A stretch of 37,496 nucleotides of DNA, taken from positions 1 to 37,496 of IMG/VR virus record IMGVR_UViG_3300045988_016114, one strand, 5' to 3'. Source of the DNA: a virus. The translations under genes and the position numbers were made by a program. Numbering within the stretch: position 1 is the first letter of the stretch; each line of letters starts with the position of its first letter. The notes under the pieces are model-generated. The model did not search any database. It was not told where the DNA came from and worked only from the letters and a program-made list of their open reading frames with translations. Shown piece after piece: positions 16,299-25,598 of the stretch.

Positions 16299-16445
16299 TT
16301 ATTTTTTAATTTCTATTTCTTTTTTGCAAGTCCGACACTTGACGTAGACACCATGGCTTCGAGCTGTATTATCTGCAATAGCAAGTTTACAACCACAAGC
16401 AGGGCATCTAATCCATTCCCGGACTAAAATTGGCTCTTTTTTCAT
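16299..16445 (-). CDS. 48-aa zinc-ribbon protein (Cys-rich KTR-like)
   Basis: MKKEPILVREWIRCPACGCKLAIADNTARSHGVYVKCRTCKKEIEIKK has CPxCG...CxxC. RBS AGGTG 6 nt before ATG 16445. Fills the gap between the chaperone and the TMP. Below the track cutoff. Confidence 0.5.
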   Translation of the reverse strand: MKKEPILVREWIRCPACGCKLAIADNTARSHGVYVKCRTCKKEIEIKK

Positions 16446-16454
16446 GTTTAACAC

Positions 16455-17009
16455 CTACACAAAAGCATCGCCGATGTCATAATCGGTCAATTCTTCCTGC
16501 TTTAATTCAATAACTTTCTGTATTTTTCGAACTCGTTTCCGCTCTTCCGGGTCCCTTATTTCGCTTAGATTAATTCCTCTATACATAATTCTTTTTTTAA
16601 TTTCATTTTCCTCTGATAACCCGTCAAAAAGCATCCGGAATTTCCACCAGTGCATATATTTTATATCAATTAAGTCGATCCCGTAGTCGCGCAAAAATGC
16701 TGATAATATATAGGGATAATCGATGGAAAAGGAAAAAAGATTCTTCTGCCTCACTGTTCCGGTTTGACTGGCTTCTCTGTCTGAAAAATCAGCACTCATA
16801 AAGTCGCATAATGCGTCAATTGCAGGCTGCGATATTTCGACATCGTCGAGAAAATACTCACTCAAAATCAACAGCTTATCCACGGACTTGATATCTTTAT
16901 CTTTTAACATATCCAAAAGAGAAATATAGTCCCGAAAATCGGTTCTGATTCTTACAAGCCTTCCGCTTACCATTACCGATGTCGGGAGGGCTTCATAGAA
17001 GAGGTTCAT
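16455..17009 (-). CDS. Gp15-family tail assembly chaperone-like protein
   Basis: FSFSIDYPYILSAFLRDYGIDLIDIKYMHWWKFRMLFDGLSEE matches my recollection of the bacteriophage Gp15 family. Lies upstream of the TMP. Confidence 0.75.
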   Translation of the reverse strand: MNLFYEALPTSVMVSGRLVRIRTDFRDYISLLDMLKDKDIKSVDKLLILSEYFLDDVEISQPAIDALCDFMSADFSDREASQTGTVRQKNLFSFSIDYPYILSAFLRDYGIDLIDIKYMHWWKFRMLFDGLSEENEIKKRIMYRGINLSEIRDPEERKRVRKIQKVIELKQEELTDYDIGDAFV

Positions 17010-17368
17010 CGGTTCTTCTTCGCCCCTCTCCTTGCCTTCCTGTTTGGTGCATACTTGTTAACCATGCTGTTATATCTGGACTGCTCGCTGTTCCGGAAAT
17101 CAAACAAAGAATTGGCTGCTTTAACTCTCATGTCCATGCTGTTCTTGCCGAGAAACATTTTCCCACTCGTTCCGTTTCCGAATAATCGATCATAAAAATC
17201 ATCAAAAACCTTACATTGTGCTCTCGTGATCTCGGATACTTTTCCAACTTTCGGTACTTTTTCGGATTCCTCAACCATTTTTTCGTAGCAGCCCTCGAAT
17301 TTCTCCATAAAATCTGCGTCCGTAAAATCAATTTCCGTTTCAAAATTGTTAAATTTCCACTGGCTCAT
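17006..17368 (-). CDS. Tail assembly chaperone-like protein (by position)
   Basis: 120 aa between the major tail and the Gp15-like gene. ATGA overlap with the downstream gene. Basic C-terminal tail. Confidence 0.55.
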   Translation of the reverse strand: MSQWKFNNFETEIDFTDADFMEKFEGCYEKMVEESEKVPKVGKVSEITRAQCKVFDDFYDRLFGNGTSGKMFLGKNSMDMRVKAANSLFDFRNSEQSRYNSMVNKYAPNRKARRGAKKNR

Positions 17369-17423
17369 CGGCTCACTCTCCTATTCTTTCTTGCGTTTTT
17401 TGACTGCCTTAATTTGGCGGTAG

Positions 17424-17948
17424 CTACTCCCCCATGTAGTCACCTTTGGCGTAAGTCACTGTTTTAGATGTAATATCTACCTCTGTAACATATCCTTCTT
17501 CAACATCGGATACAGCCTTCAGCGATCCGCTGTAAACTAACGCGTCTGTTCCGTCTCCGTCCGAATCCGGGATAACTGCATAAGTTCTCTTTGTGGCAAA
17601 ACACTTATCGCCTTTCGTATTTTTCTTATAAAAATCCACTGTGACAACTTCCACATGAGCATCATCTGCAACTTTCTCTCCATCATGGATTGCCGCAATG
17701 CGCTCATGGACTGGATTTCCTGCGTACATATCGAAGGAGTATTCCGTAGCTGGTGCGTATCCAACTACATCCGATCTTTCCGTACTTTCATCCACGTACT
17801 GCCTAGAGTACTCTTTCGGATTCTTCCCGTTCGTCATCGATGTGAAATTAGTCATTCTTTCGAATTTTGGCGAACTGTTTGTTGTATCCGTGTTTAAAAA
17901 CGCTACTCGCAGGTGTCTGCCTACTAATTTTGGTGCTGTTACTGCCAT
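17424..17948 (-). CDS. Major tail protein
   Basis: ATG 17948 lies 7 nt after AGGAGG. 174 aa. Positioned between the neck genes and the chaperones. Confidence 0.7.
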   Translation of the reverse strand: MAVTAPKLVGRHLRVAFLNTDTTNSSPKFERMTNFTSMTNGKNPKEYSRQYVDESTERSDVVGYAPATEYSFDMYAGNPVHERIAAIHDGEKVADDAHVEVVTVDFYKKNTKGDKCFATKRTYAVIPDSDGDGTDALVYSGSLKAVSDVEEGYVTEVDITSKTVTYAKGDYMGE

Positions 17949-17950
17949 GC

Positions 17951-18370
17951 TTATACCTCCTGTGTATAAATTAAGCGGCACTCAATACGATATTTAGCTT
18001 TTTCCTCGTTAATATCGTACAAGTAACCGCTGTTTAAAGTTTCTACCGTTATCGGACTCTTCTTTTCTCCAAGCTCCGGCAGGTTATTAATAAAACTCTG
18101 TTTCTCCAACCACTCCTCAAAGCTTTGGAAGAATCCGCTATTTTCAATGTTAATTCTTGCATCTTGATCGTATTCGTCTTGGCTTGTAAAGGCGAATTGA
18201 AACTGCTTCTTCGCCCCTCCATCCATATATCTCTGAATAATCGGATCGCACGGAAGAGGGTCAACAGAATACCCCATATCCGTTCCGATATAGTCCACAT
18301 TTACACGCCCATCACTTAAAAAAGGGCATGTGAGGATATACGATCTTACGCTGTCAATGAGATTTGACAT
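17951..18370 (-). CDS. Tail completion / tail terminator-like neck protein
   Basis: 139 aa, last of four small genes between the capsid and major tail genes. Call is by synteny. Confidence 0.5.
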   Translation of the reverse strand: MSNLIDSVRSYILTCPFLSDGRVNVDYIGTDMGYSVDPLPCDPIIQRYMDGGAKKQFQFAFTSQDEYDQDARINIENSGFFQSFEEWLEKQSFINNLPELGEKKSPITVETLNSGYLYDINEEKAKYRIECRLIYTQEV

Positions 18371-18755
18371 ACTTCGCCGCTCCTTTCAGAATGAAATCCT
18401 TGTGGCGATTCTTCATGCGTTCGAACCATCGTGATTTTTCCTTATGCTCATAATATTGTCTACGTGCATAAGGGGCAATCTGGTTGATCTCGCCGCTACC
18501 AATCACAGTTCCGAGAGTTGCTGACTTAACAAGCACACCTGTACGTCTTGGAGTCTCCGGGTTCATGCGCCGGATACACTCTGAATCAACAAATTCCTGC
18601 GCATTCGCAAAACCAGATTCCATGTTGGGCTTAAAGCCCGGATTCCAGTCAAGTCTTGCAATCGTTCTACCTTTTAAATTCCCTTTGGAAATCGTGTATG
18701 TTGATATCGTGCCTCTTGGTGTTTCGATTTGGAATTTTTTCTTTCCTTTTGCCAT
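18354..18755 (-). CDS. Neck protein (HK97 gp10-like / minor capsid protein type)
   Basis: 133 aa. Synteny, plus the C-terminal APYARRQYYEH motif typical of this neck position. Confidence 0.5.
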   Translation of the reverse strand: MAKGKKKFQIETPRGTISTYTISKGNLKGRTIARLDWNPGFKPNMESGFANAQEFVDSECIRRMNPETPRRTGVLVKSATLGTVIGSGEINQIAPYARRQYYEHKEKSRWFERMKNRHKDFILKGAAKYVKSH

Positions 18756-19090
18756 TACACGCCCACCACCTTAATATGCGGATTGCTGCCAAAAGTATTG
18801 CAGTTTGCAGATGTAATTCTAGTCTTGTCCAGTCCGTCCAAGTCCCTAATCGTCTGCATGTCAACCTTGCAATCGCCTTTTACAAGGTAATCGTCTTTCT
18901 TAATTTCCACGTTCGTATCCGGGATTCTGACCGTGTAAGTGTCTGCTTGCTTTAATCCATCTGTCGTGATCTGCGACTTTTCGTTTTTGTACCACCATAC
19001 CTCTGGGATATACGTTCGCTCCCACTCATCCAGTCTGGTTTCAGAGTTGTATTTTCTGCTGTACAGTGTTGCATCTGTGTTGGTTATCAT
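18755..19090 (-). CDS. Head-closure / head-tail adaptor protein
   Basis: 111 aa. Synteny (second neck gene). Overlapping start and stop with its neighbours. Confidence 0.5.
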   Translation of the reverse strand: MITNTDATLYSRKYNSETRLDEWERTYIPEVWWYKNEKSQITTDGLKQADTYTVRIPDTNVEIKKDDYLVKGDCKVDMQTIRDLDGLDKTRITSANCNTFGSNPHIKVVGV

Positions 19091-19467
19091 GGTTCTACCC
19101 CCATATACAAGAGACCAGTCGGCATAAGATAGAGTTCCAATGTGTTAAATATTTTTCTGCCAAGCAGTTCATCTGCTGTTCCCCCGTTTCCTCCGCTTTC
19201 GTAGCTGACAGAGTATCCATCTGTGTTTTCGGATGTAACCACGCGCCCAGAATGCTTGCTTCTGACCTTTTCGTCATTTGCAATCAAATCGCAGACAGAG
19301 CAGGTGGCAAGCTTTACTTCTTCCATTTCCATATTGTCATCAGCGCGCCCGAAGGTAATCCTTCGGACATAAGCTGATGCTGGAATAACAGATTTATCAA
19401 ATTCTTCATCTGTTAAATTTCCCCTATATTCAGAGACGTAAAATGTATAATCCGCATACAAGTTCAT
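19087..19467 (-). CDS. Head-tail connector protein (gp6-like)
   Basis: 126 aa immediately after the major capsid gene. The YADYTFYVSEY...IPASAYVRRIT start is typical of gp6-like connectors. Confidence 0.6.
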   Translation of the reverse strand: MNLYADYTFYVSEYRGNLTDEEFDKSVIPASAYVRRITFGRADDNMEMEEVKLATCSVCDLIANDEKVRSKHSGRVVTSENTDGYSVSYESGGNGGTADELLGRKIFNTLELYLMPTGLLYMGVEP

Positions 19468-19488
19468 TTACATCAACTCCTATTTCTA

Positions 19489-20343
19489 CTACGCTGCAGT
19501 ATGTACATAGATAGCCACTTTCTTGTTATCTTTCGCCTCTGCGATACCTACGGTACGATATCCGAACTTCCAAGCATCTGCATCCTGATTCACTTCCGGA
19601 GTAATGATCTTAGATACAGTGTGTTTCTGATTCTGGATCACTGCATTTTTATCCACAATCAGGAAATCAATCTTTTTCCCTCCTGCCGTTGCGAATCCGC
19701 CGGCACCGGAAGCGGTCAGCGTGACCTTATCAAAAAATCTTCCCTCAGGAACCTCAATCACACCAGCCCATCCATCTAATACTCTTTTGGATGCTGTAGT
19801 GTCAAGATCATCAATATCCCCTTTAAGCTGCGCAGAAATGTACAAATAACAGGTTTCCGGTTTCGCTTCTGCATTTTTAATGGCTGTTTTTCCCTTACGG
19901 ATGGCGGCTATTCCTGCCTTTGCATCTGCAATCGCCGCTGCCACTTTATTAGCGGATGGTGCGTATCCTGCATAAGATGCCAATCTCCAAGCATCCAGTT
20001 CCGGTACCACCTGTGTCCTCAAAAACTCCCCGGAAAGACGCCCAAAAGCAACGCCTGCAGATTCGATATTATCCATCGCATCCACCGTAAACATACGACC
20101 ACGATCATACGTGCACTTCTTGGTTTCGTACTCCAGTGTTACATCGCCAGCAACATAGCCTGTCTGCTTATTGTAGTCTGCAAGTCCCTGCATGGACATT
20201 TTCGGGATCAGAATCTCATTCGCGTTTGCTCCCTCTCTCACAAGCTCATTCGGACCATCTAAAACCGCTGTCAAAGACGCCAGTTTGTAAACTTCGTCCA
20301 ACATCGTAGAGTATGCTTTTCTTAATGCAATTGTGTTCGCCAT
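19489..20343 (-). CDS. Major capsid protein
   Basis: 284 aa following the scaffold gene. N-terminus MANTIALRKAYSTMLDEVYKLASLT and overall composition are typical of this capsid family. Confidence 0.85.
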   Translation of the reverse strand: MANTIALRKAYSTMLDEVYKLASLTAVLDGPNELVREGANANEILIPKMSMQGLADYNKQTGYVAGDVTLEYETKKCTYDRGRMFTVDAMDNIESAGVAFGRLSGEFLRTQVVPELDAWRLASYAGYAPSANKVAAAIADAKAGIAAIRKGKTAIKNAEAKPETCYLYISAQLKGDIDDLDTTASKRVLDGWAGVIEVPEGRFFDKVTLTASGAGGFATAGGKKIDFLIVDKNAVIQNQKHTVSKIITPEVNQDADAWKFGYRTVGIAEAKDNKKVAIYVHTAA

Positions 20344-20368
20344 ATCTTATTACCTCATTCTTTCAAAA

Positions 20369-20917
20369 TTATTTTTCTGCCGGAAGCCCCATAGCCGCTC
20401 TGATTGCCGAGAAATTATCTCCACCTGTGCCAGAGCCGCCAGTTGCTCCCACTGGGTTCTTAAAAGGCTCATCAGAGCCAAATAAATAAGCATCAGACTC
20501 CTTTACGGTTTCCAATGCTTTCTTAATGTCCTCAGACTGGTTTTTTGATTCTTTCAAAGCGTTCATATCAAGCATAGCCATAACTGCTTTTTCATTGCGT
20601 CCCCCGGCTGTCTTGATAGCTTCTTTGATCGTGTCGGAAAAGATACGGTCCGCTTCTTTGGCAGCATACTCATCATCTTTGTCCTTTAACTGCTGATTCA
20701 GTTTGTCGATTTCGCCCTGCATAGCTGCCGGGTCAACATCTTTAAACTTTTCCAAAGATTCCGTTGCAGTCTCAAGCTGACTCTTGTAATTGTCACGCTC
20801 ACCCTCTACTTTGGTAGTCTTTGCCTTTTCAGCTGCAATATCTTTTCCATTCTCTGCCATGATTTTATCAATAGCATCCTGTTCCAATCCGAGTCCTTTT
20901 AAAAAATCTGTTTTCAT
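20369..20917 (-). CDS. Scaffolding protein (GP20-like)
   Basis: Start MKTDFLKGLGLEQDAIDKIMAENGKDI. Highly charged coiled-coil body. Lies directly upstream of the capsid gene. Confidence 0.85.
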   Translation of the reverse strand: MKTDFLKGLGLEQDAIDKIMAENGKDIAAEKAKTTKVEGERDNYKSQLETATESLEKFKDVDPAAMQGEIDKLNQQLKDKDDEYAAKEADRIFSDTIKEAIKTAGGRNEKAVMAMLDMNALKESKNQSEDIKKALETVKESDAYLFGSDEPFKNPVGATGGSGTGGDNFSAIRAAMGLPAEK

Positions 20918-21046
20918 GCTTCATTCTCCTTTCGTGTTAGGTAGTTTTAGGCGTGTTACCATCCGCCACGAATTGACTGTTTAAGGTCTAATCAACTGAC
21001 CAAAAGGCATAAAAATAACACATATCTCTATGTGCCAATGTCTTAC

Positions 21047-21157
21047 TTATTCAATTTTCCCGCACTTTACACAACGCCGCACATAACCTTTTGTAGCCTT
21101 GTCATAATGCTTGCGGTACTTGTGCTTACAAAATCTCTGTTTCAGCCATTTAAGCAT
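21047..21157 (-). CDS. 36-aa Cys/His micro-ORF
   Basis: MLKWLKQRFCKHKYRKHYDKATKGYVRRCVKCGKIE. RBS GGAGGG 5-6 nt before ATG 21157. Confidence 0.35.
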   Translation of the reverse strand: MLKWLKQRFCKHKYRKHYDKATKGYVRRCVKCGKIE

Positions 21158-21167
21158 ATCTTCCCTC

Positions 21168-21263
21168 CTAAAGTAACGCCTGCACCTGCTCTTTTAAGCT
21201 CTCCGGTACTTCATCAATTCTCAAGTGCCCGCCTTTAATCCTATTAGCTAAAAACTGTGCCAT
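21168..21263 (-). CDS. 31-aa micro-ORF
   Basis: MAQFLANRIKGGHLRIDEVPESLKEQVQALL. GGGGGTG 6 nt before ATG 21263. From memory only, resembles short proteins found next to fibre genes in clostridial prophages. Confidence 0.4.
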   Translation of the reverse strand: MAQFLANRIKGGHLRIDEVPESLKEQVQALL

Positions 21264-21266
21264 AAT

Positions 21267-21554
21267 TTACACCCCCATTTTCATAGTCGCAAGAATTAAT
21301 TCCTGCACTGCCTGGTCTGTGACTTCTTGTGCCGTCTGTGTTGCTTTTAAGTCCTTTTGTAACTTTCCATAGGCGCTCATACCGTCATCCACTGCTTCGT
21401 ATTCTTTGATTACATTTTCTTCTGTCTCTGTGTATCCGACAAAGACAAGGTTACTAAATCCCTCTGGTTTCTCTTCCTTAAGTGGCTTGTAGCCCTCTTT
21501 CTTGATGGAGCTGATTCTTACAGTTCCGTTTTCCATGATTTTTGCGTAGTTCAT
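21267..21554 (-). CDS. Hypothetical protein (95 aa)
   Basis: ATG 21554 lies 8 nt after AGGAG (MNYAKIMENGTVRISS...). The track start at 21593 has no RBS. Confidence 0.6.
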   Translation of the reverse strand: MNYAKIMENGTVRISSIKKEGYKPLKEEKPEGFSNLVFVGYTETEENVIKEYEAVDDGMSAYGKLQKDLKATQTAQEVTDQAVQELILATMKMGV

Positions 21555-21556
21555 AT

Positions 21557-22780
21557 TTATTTCTCCTTTCGATAGGTTAATTTGATTCCACATGGTACTT
21601 CTCCGCTGTCTACCGTGATATTCGTTGTGCCATTGTAGCTGTGCAGATTCCTAAGTTGTGTCTGTTCGGATTCCGAGAGTGGGACGAATTCGGTGGTTTT
21701 ACGTTCGAATATAATCGTTTTCTCGAATGGCAAATTCTTAAGCCAATGGTTGGCTTGCTCAAGTGTTTCAACCCCTGTGTTTTCGTAGAAATAGATATAA
21801 ATATCGCCACTTCCTACTATACCAATAGAATAGTCGTTTCTTACATTATCCGTTGTCAGAAAATTACACATAACTTTATCTGTCTGTGGAAATTTGCCAT
21901 TTAAAGAAGTTTTAAATCGTCTTCGAATTCTTCCACTTATATTCTCGTCCGATGCTTTCGATACGAATGTAAATTCTTTCGCTATTTTTCCACTGTACAG
22001 CCAACCCATACTCCCACCCTGCTCGACTAACTTATCCCATTTGGTAATTGGGCGGTCTGAGGTGAGGGTGAGGGTTTGTTCGGTGTAAGGTTGGTATATG
22101 TTTAATGCTACATTTTCACTTTCTTCTGCAATCATTAATTTTTTAAATGCACCACCGATTTTTAGTTTAACATCTGTATACAACAGAATCTCGCACTTAA
22201 CAGTATCGACAGGGACTATGGCACTCTTTGTATAATTACAAACATATCCTATCATTTTAGGGAGATCAAATATATATGATACTGTTCCATTACTCTTTGT
22301 ACATTTGATTCTAACTCCACAATCTGAATTTGTTATGCTATCAATTTCAAATGTATAAGAAATGTTGTATTTCCCCCCAGCCTTTAAATTAATATCTCCG
22401 ATTGGTGTTCCCCGCTTGGCTTCTGTGTGAAATTCAGATTCAGATATTTTATTTATCGATCCAACATAATTATTAATATCAAAAATATTTCTCCCAGTCA
22501 CTTTCACATCAATTTCATACTTTTGAGTTCCCTCATTCCACTTTCCTGCGCTTTTAATTTCCTGCGGATTGTCCGGCGATGGATTCTCGCCTTGCATACT
22601 ATTACCAATCAATTCCACCCTCTCCAACGGCGCTTTTAAGCTGTTTGGAAGCATTAAACTCCCTACCCCTTCCACTTCTACCTTGTCATAATTCGGTGGC
22701 TGTGGAGGGGATACAGCGCCACCTAGAGGGCATACCATATCAACACCGATGATTCCGGTGCCGTCTACCATTTTAAGCAT
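21557..22780 (-). CDS. Fibre / receptor-binding-like structural protein located inside the head module
   Basis: 407 aa. Contains LIGNSMQGENPSPDNPQEI, a motif I associate from memory with phage fibre-type proteins. Beta-rich composition. RBS AGGAG. Confidence 0.6.
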   Translation of the reverse strand: MLKMVDGTGIIGVDMVCPLGGAVSPPQPPNYDKVEVEGVGSLMLPNSLKAPLERVELIGNSMQGENPSPDNPQEIKSAGKWNEGTQKYEIDVKVTGRNIFDINNYVGSINKISESEFHTEAKRGTPIGDINLKAGGKYNISYTFEIDSITNSDCGVRIKCTKSNGTVSYIFDLPKMIGYVCNYTKSAIVPVDTVKCEILLYTDVKLKIGGAFKKLMIAEESENVALNIYQPYTEQTLTLTSDRPITKWDKLVEQGGSMGWLYSGKIAKEFTFVSKASDENISGRIRRRFKTSLNGKFPQTDKVMCNFLTTDNVRNDYSIGIVGSGDIYIYFYENTGVETLEQANHWLKNLPFEKTIIFERKTTEFVPLSESEQTQLRNLHSYNGTTNITVDSGEVPCGIKLTYRKEK

Positions 22781-23046
22781 TGCACTTCTACTCCTTTTTC
22801 GCTTGTTGCTGTGGGAATGATTTGGACGAGGTTACTCTTTCCGCCACCATAAGAACCATACTGCAATCGTTGTGCAGTCTGCGCCGGAATCAGTACGCTC
22901 TGCTCTTTTGTTGCATCTCTTTCCAACGAAGCATATATCTCTCCGTCTGTAAGGTTTTTAATCAGAAATTCAGATGCTGCCACCTCAAATTCAAAAATCA
23001 GTGTTGCCGATGCTGTCGGCTGTCTCATTACTTTTACTTTGCTCAT
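22765..23046 (-). CDS. Hypothetical protein (93 aa)
   Basis: ATG 23046 lies 8 nt after AGGAGG. The track start (GTG 23055) abuts the RBS. Confidence 0.55.
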   Translation of the reverse strand: MSKVKVMRQPTASATLIFEFEVAASEFLIKNLTDGEIYASLERDATKEQSVLIPAQTAQRLQYGSYGGGKSNLVQIIPTATSEKGVEVQCLKW

Positions 23047-23051
23047 TTTTC

Positions 23052-24236
23052 TCACCTCCTAAATCGTTTCGGTACGGGTGCTACTCTTCCGTGCATATCG
23101 TAATAGATGCGCTCTCGTTCTTGCTGTAGCCCTATTCGTTTACAAAATCTGGTGTATTCTCCCAGTTGCCCTTGATACTTTGCTTTTGCAAGCATCACAT
23201 CATCTGGGTCAGCTCCACCCTGTTTTAATAGCACAGCCTTTTCCCTCTGCGCCCTCATAGCAGTTTCCATTTTACGCTGTTGCTGTTTAGCTTCGTACAA
23301 GGTGTATTCCTTGCCTTTAAAGGTCTTCGGTATGCTTTCCTTGCGGTTCTGCTCTGCAAGCCACTCATCTGTCCAGTTACGCTCTGAGATACCTTTCACA
23401 AAGGGGTAATACATATGATAACAATTCGCCCCAAGCAATCCAGTGACACTTCCCAGTCCGCATACTGTTGTGAGCTCCTCTTTGCTGTACACTCTGCCCT
23501 GCCATGCTGCATGAGTCGGTCTGGCTCCAGCATGCCATTCCACTTCGAAATAATCTGTTCCGAGCTTTTTGGCATTCATTTCAGATATTTTACCGCTTAA
23601 TTGTGATACTCCAGTCATCACAGCCCTGCGAGCTGCTACGTCAATCCGGTTCGCCCTGCCAGATGCATAATCAATCTGTCGCAGTCCGCTGTTTGTTAGC
23701 TGCGTGACTACTCTACGCAAAACACTGTTGTAATCAAATGCACCTGTTACAATATCTAAGCAGGCGGCATCTAAATACTTCTGATAGACTTCGGCTAATG
23801 GAGTTAACACTGGCTTACCAGTTCCATAATCCAAATAAAATCCAAGTGATTTAGTAATGTTCTGCAAGTCATTTTCGCTTTGCTGTATTAGAGCTTCTGT
23901 GATCTGCTGTAGCTCTTCATTCTCTTCGTAAGGGATAAATTCTGCATTGATCTGCTCGTATATATCTTTGTTGCGGACGTATTCCCATTCGATTACCTTG
24001 TCATATAGTTCAAACATCTCCGGATAAGACTTATTCAGTGCCTCTTTCAGCATATTTTCGATGTCTTCGGGAGAATATCCTAAAATACTAAGCCTATTAA
24101 TCTGCCAGTCTGCTGTACTTGTGATTTTACCAGTTTCCCTTATCCTGCGAACGATGTCTTCCATGATCCGCATTTCCAGATCAGAGAAATGCTTCTCAAT
24201 CTGCCCGGATAGTTGCTTCTTGTAATCTTCTCTCAA
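23052..24236 (-). CDS. Minor capsid protein 2 / head morphogenesis protein (SPP1 gp7 / Mu F-like)
   Basis: Directly downstream of the portal gene. RANRIDVAARRAVMTGVSQLSG...YFEVEWHAGARPTHAAWQGRVY is characteristic of this family. Confidence 0.85.
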   Translation of the reverse strand: MREDYKKQLSGQIEKHFSDLEMRIMEDIVRRIRETGKITSTADWQINRLSILGYSPEDIENMLKEALNKSYPEMFELYDKVIEWEYVRNKDIYEQINAEFIPYEENEELQQITEALIQQSENDLQNITKSLGFYLDYGTGKPVLTPLAEVYQKYLDAACLDIVTGAFDYNSVLRRVVTQLTNSGLRQIDYASGRANRIDVAARRAVMTGVSQLSGKISEMNAKKLGTDYFEVEWHAGARPTHAAWQGRVYSKEELTTVCGLGSVTGLLGANCYHMYYPFVKGISERNWTDEWLAEQNRKESIPKTFKGKEYTLYEAKQQQRKMETAMRAQREKAVLLKQGGADPDDVMLAKAKYQGQLGEYTRFCKRIGLQQERERIYYDMHGRVAPVPKRFRR

Positions 24237-24245
24237 TCAGCTCAC

Positions 24246-25598
24246 CTACTCCATGACTTGATTCTGCTCTGGCAGCATCTTCTTTGCCGTGGCTTCATCC
24301 TCGTTGTACCATTTCATGCGGTATTCCAGATGCGACATCACTCCCATGCTCACGTCCTGTCTGTCCTGCTGACGCTCTGCTTCCTCATCAGTCAGAATAG
24401 AATCGTTGAATTTGCAAGAGAACTCATAGCCTGAGTTGAGCATGCTATTGTAAAACGCAAGTCCGGCAACGAAATCCTCTAAGCAATCGTATAAGTTATT
24501 CTGGATCGCCGTTACTCGGTTGTATTTCCGATTCTTCGATGCTTTAATTTCTGTGGCTGTCTTTGCCACTTCCTGCGCATCTGACAAATCGCCATAAGCT
24601 AGACCGACAGAGAATTCAATTTCTCGCTTATATTCCTCTAATCCTCGTTTAAACGATTCATCTCGCATTTCTGGGGAGTACTCTTTTAAAAGCTCTTGAT
24701 CTTTTCCGGCTTCCAAATTTAAGCCTCTGTATAGGCGTTTGTTGAGCTTTGCCATTCCAAATCTTCCGGTTGTTTTATCTTGTTTCAATGCCCTGTTATC
24801 TACATGGATAGCACGCTCACCGGATTCAAACTCCCAGTCAAGCCTTGCGCCCTGAATATCTGTCTTTTTAATCAGTTCCACTGCCGAATCATATAGGGAT
24901 ACACCGCAAGCGGAGCCATCTACTTTGTTTTTAATCGGATTCCGATAGTATCCAAAGTCCATCCGATTCATGCCGGGATAGGTAATCGGCCCCGGTTCGA
25001 TGTTCTCCCACTCTTCCACAGCTTCTAAGCTGCATGGCAGACCAATATCTTTTTCTGTCTGCGAGTGGAAACATTTGTTTTCTATGGTCAGATTTCCGTC
25101 AATGAAATAGTGCCGTTCAAGCCTTGTGAAATAATCAGCGTCCCCAACCTTTTTTACGGTCAAAAATGCAATATCATTCGGCTTTCCATCATCCCCAAAG
25201 CTGATTGGGATAATCTTGTCGGCTGAGACAAATTCTGCAGCCGATTCTCCCAGTGGTTTCAAAACAAATGACCCAAGCGCAAGCCCTTCCTGCAGGTTTT
25301 CATTCAGACTCGTGATATTCTTCTGATAGATCTTGTCCAGACGTTCATTTGTCACACTGGTTTCCATTTCCACCAGTGCGCAGTCTGCAAACTCTCGGCA
25401 AATTCCGTCTTCAATTCCAAGGGAAACAATGCTGTCAGAAATCCAATCCGCATCCCCATTTAACATTTGTTTCCATCTGTTGATTGCATCTATCATGTCG
25501 TTGGATAGTGCGATATCCTTGCCGATGATCTGTTTTAATGTCGTATATCCAAACATTCTCATGATTCCTTTCCATAATCTCTTAATTCCATCAAACAT
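24246..25598 (-). CDS. Portal protein (SPP1 gp6-like)
   Basis: About 450 aa downstream of TerL with typical portal composition. ATG 25598 follows GAGGTGG. The track start at 25613 is TTG. Confidence 0.88.
   Translation of the reverse strand: MFDGIKRLWKGIMRMFGYTTLKQIIGKDIALSNDMIDAINRWKQMLNGDADWISDSIVSLGIEDGICREFADCALVEMETSVTNERLDKIYQKNITSLNENLQEGLALGSFVLKPLGESAAEFVSADKIIPISFGDDGKPNDIAFLTVKKVGDADYFTRLERHYFIDGNLTIENKCFHSQTEKDIGLPCSLEAVEEWENIEPGPITYPGMNRMDFGYYRNPIKNKVDGSACGVSLYDSAVELIKKTDIQGARLDWEFESGERAIHVDNRALKQDKTTGRFGMAKLNKRLYRGLNLEAGKDQELLKEYSPEMRDESFKRGLEEYKREIEFSVGLAYGDLSDAQEVAKTATEIKASKNRKYNRVTAIQNNLYDCLEDFVAGLAFYNSMLNSGYEFSCKFNDSILTDEEAERQQDRQDVSMGVMSHLEYRMKWYNEDEATAKKMLPEQNQVME

Noticed and set aside
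17000-17050. Programmed -1 frameshift between the two tail-chaperone genes (the G/GT paradigm).
   Set aside because: The genes overlap by a simple ATGA stop/start. I see no slippery X XXY YYZ heptamer near the end of 17006-17368, and the downstream gene has its own start. Coupled reinitiation is the simpler reading.
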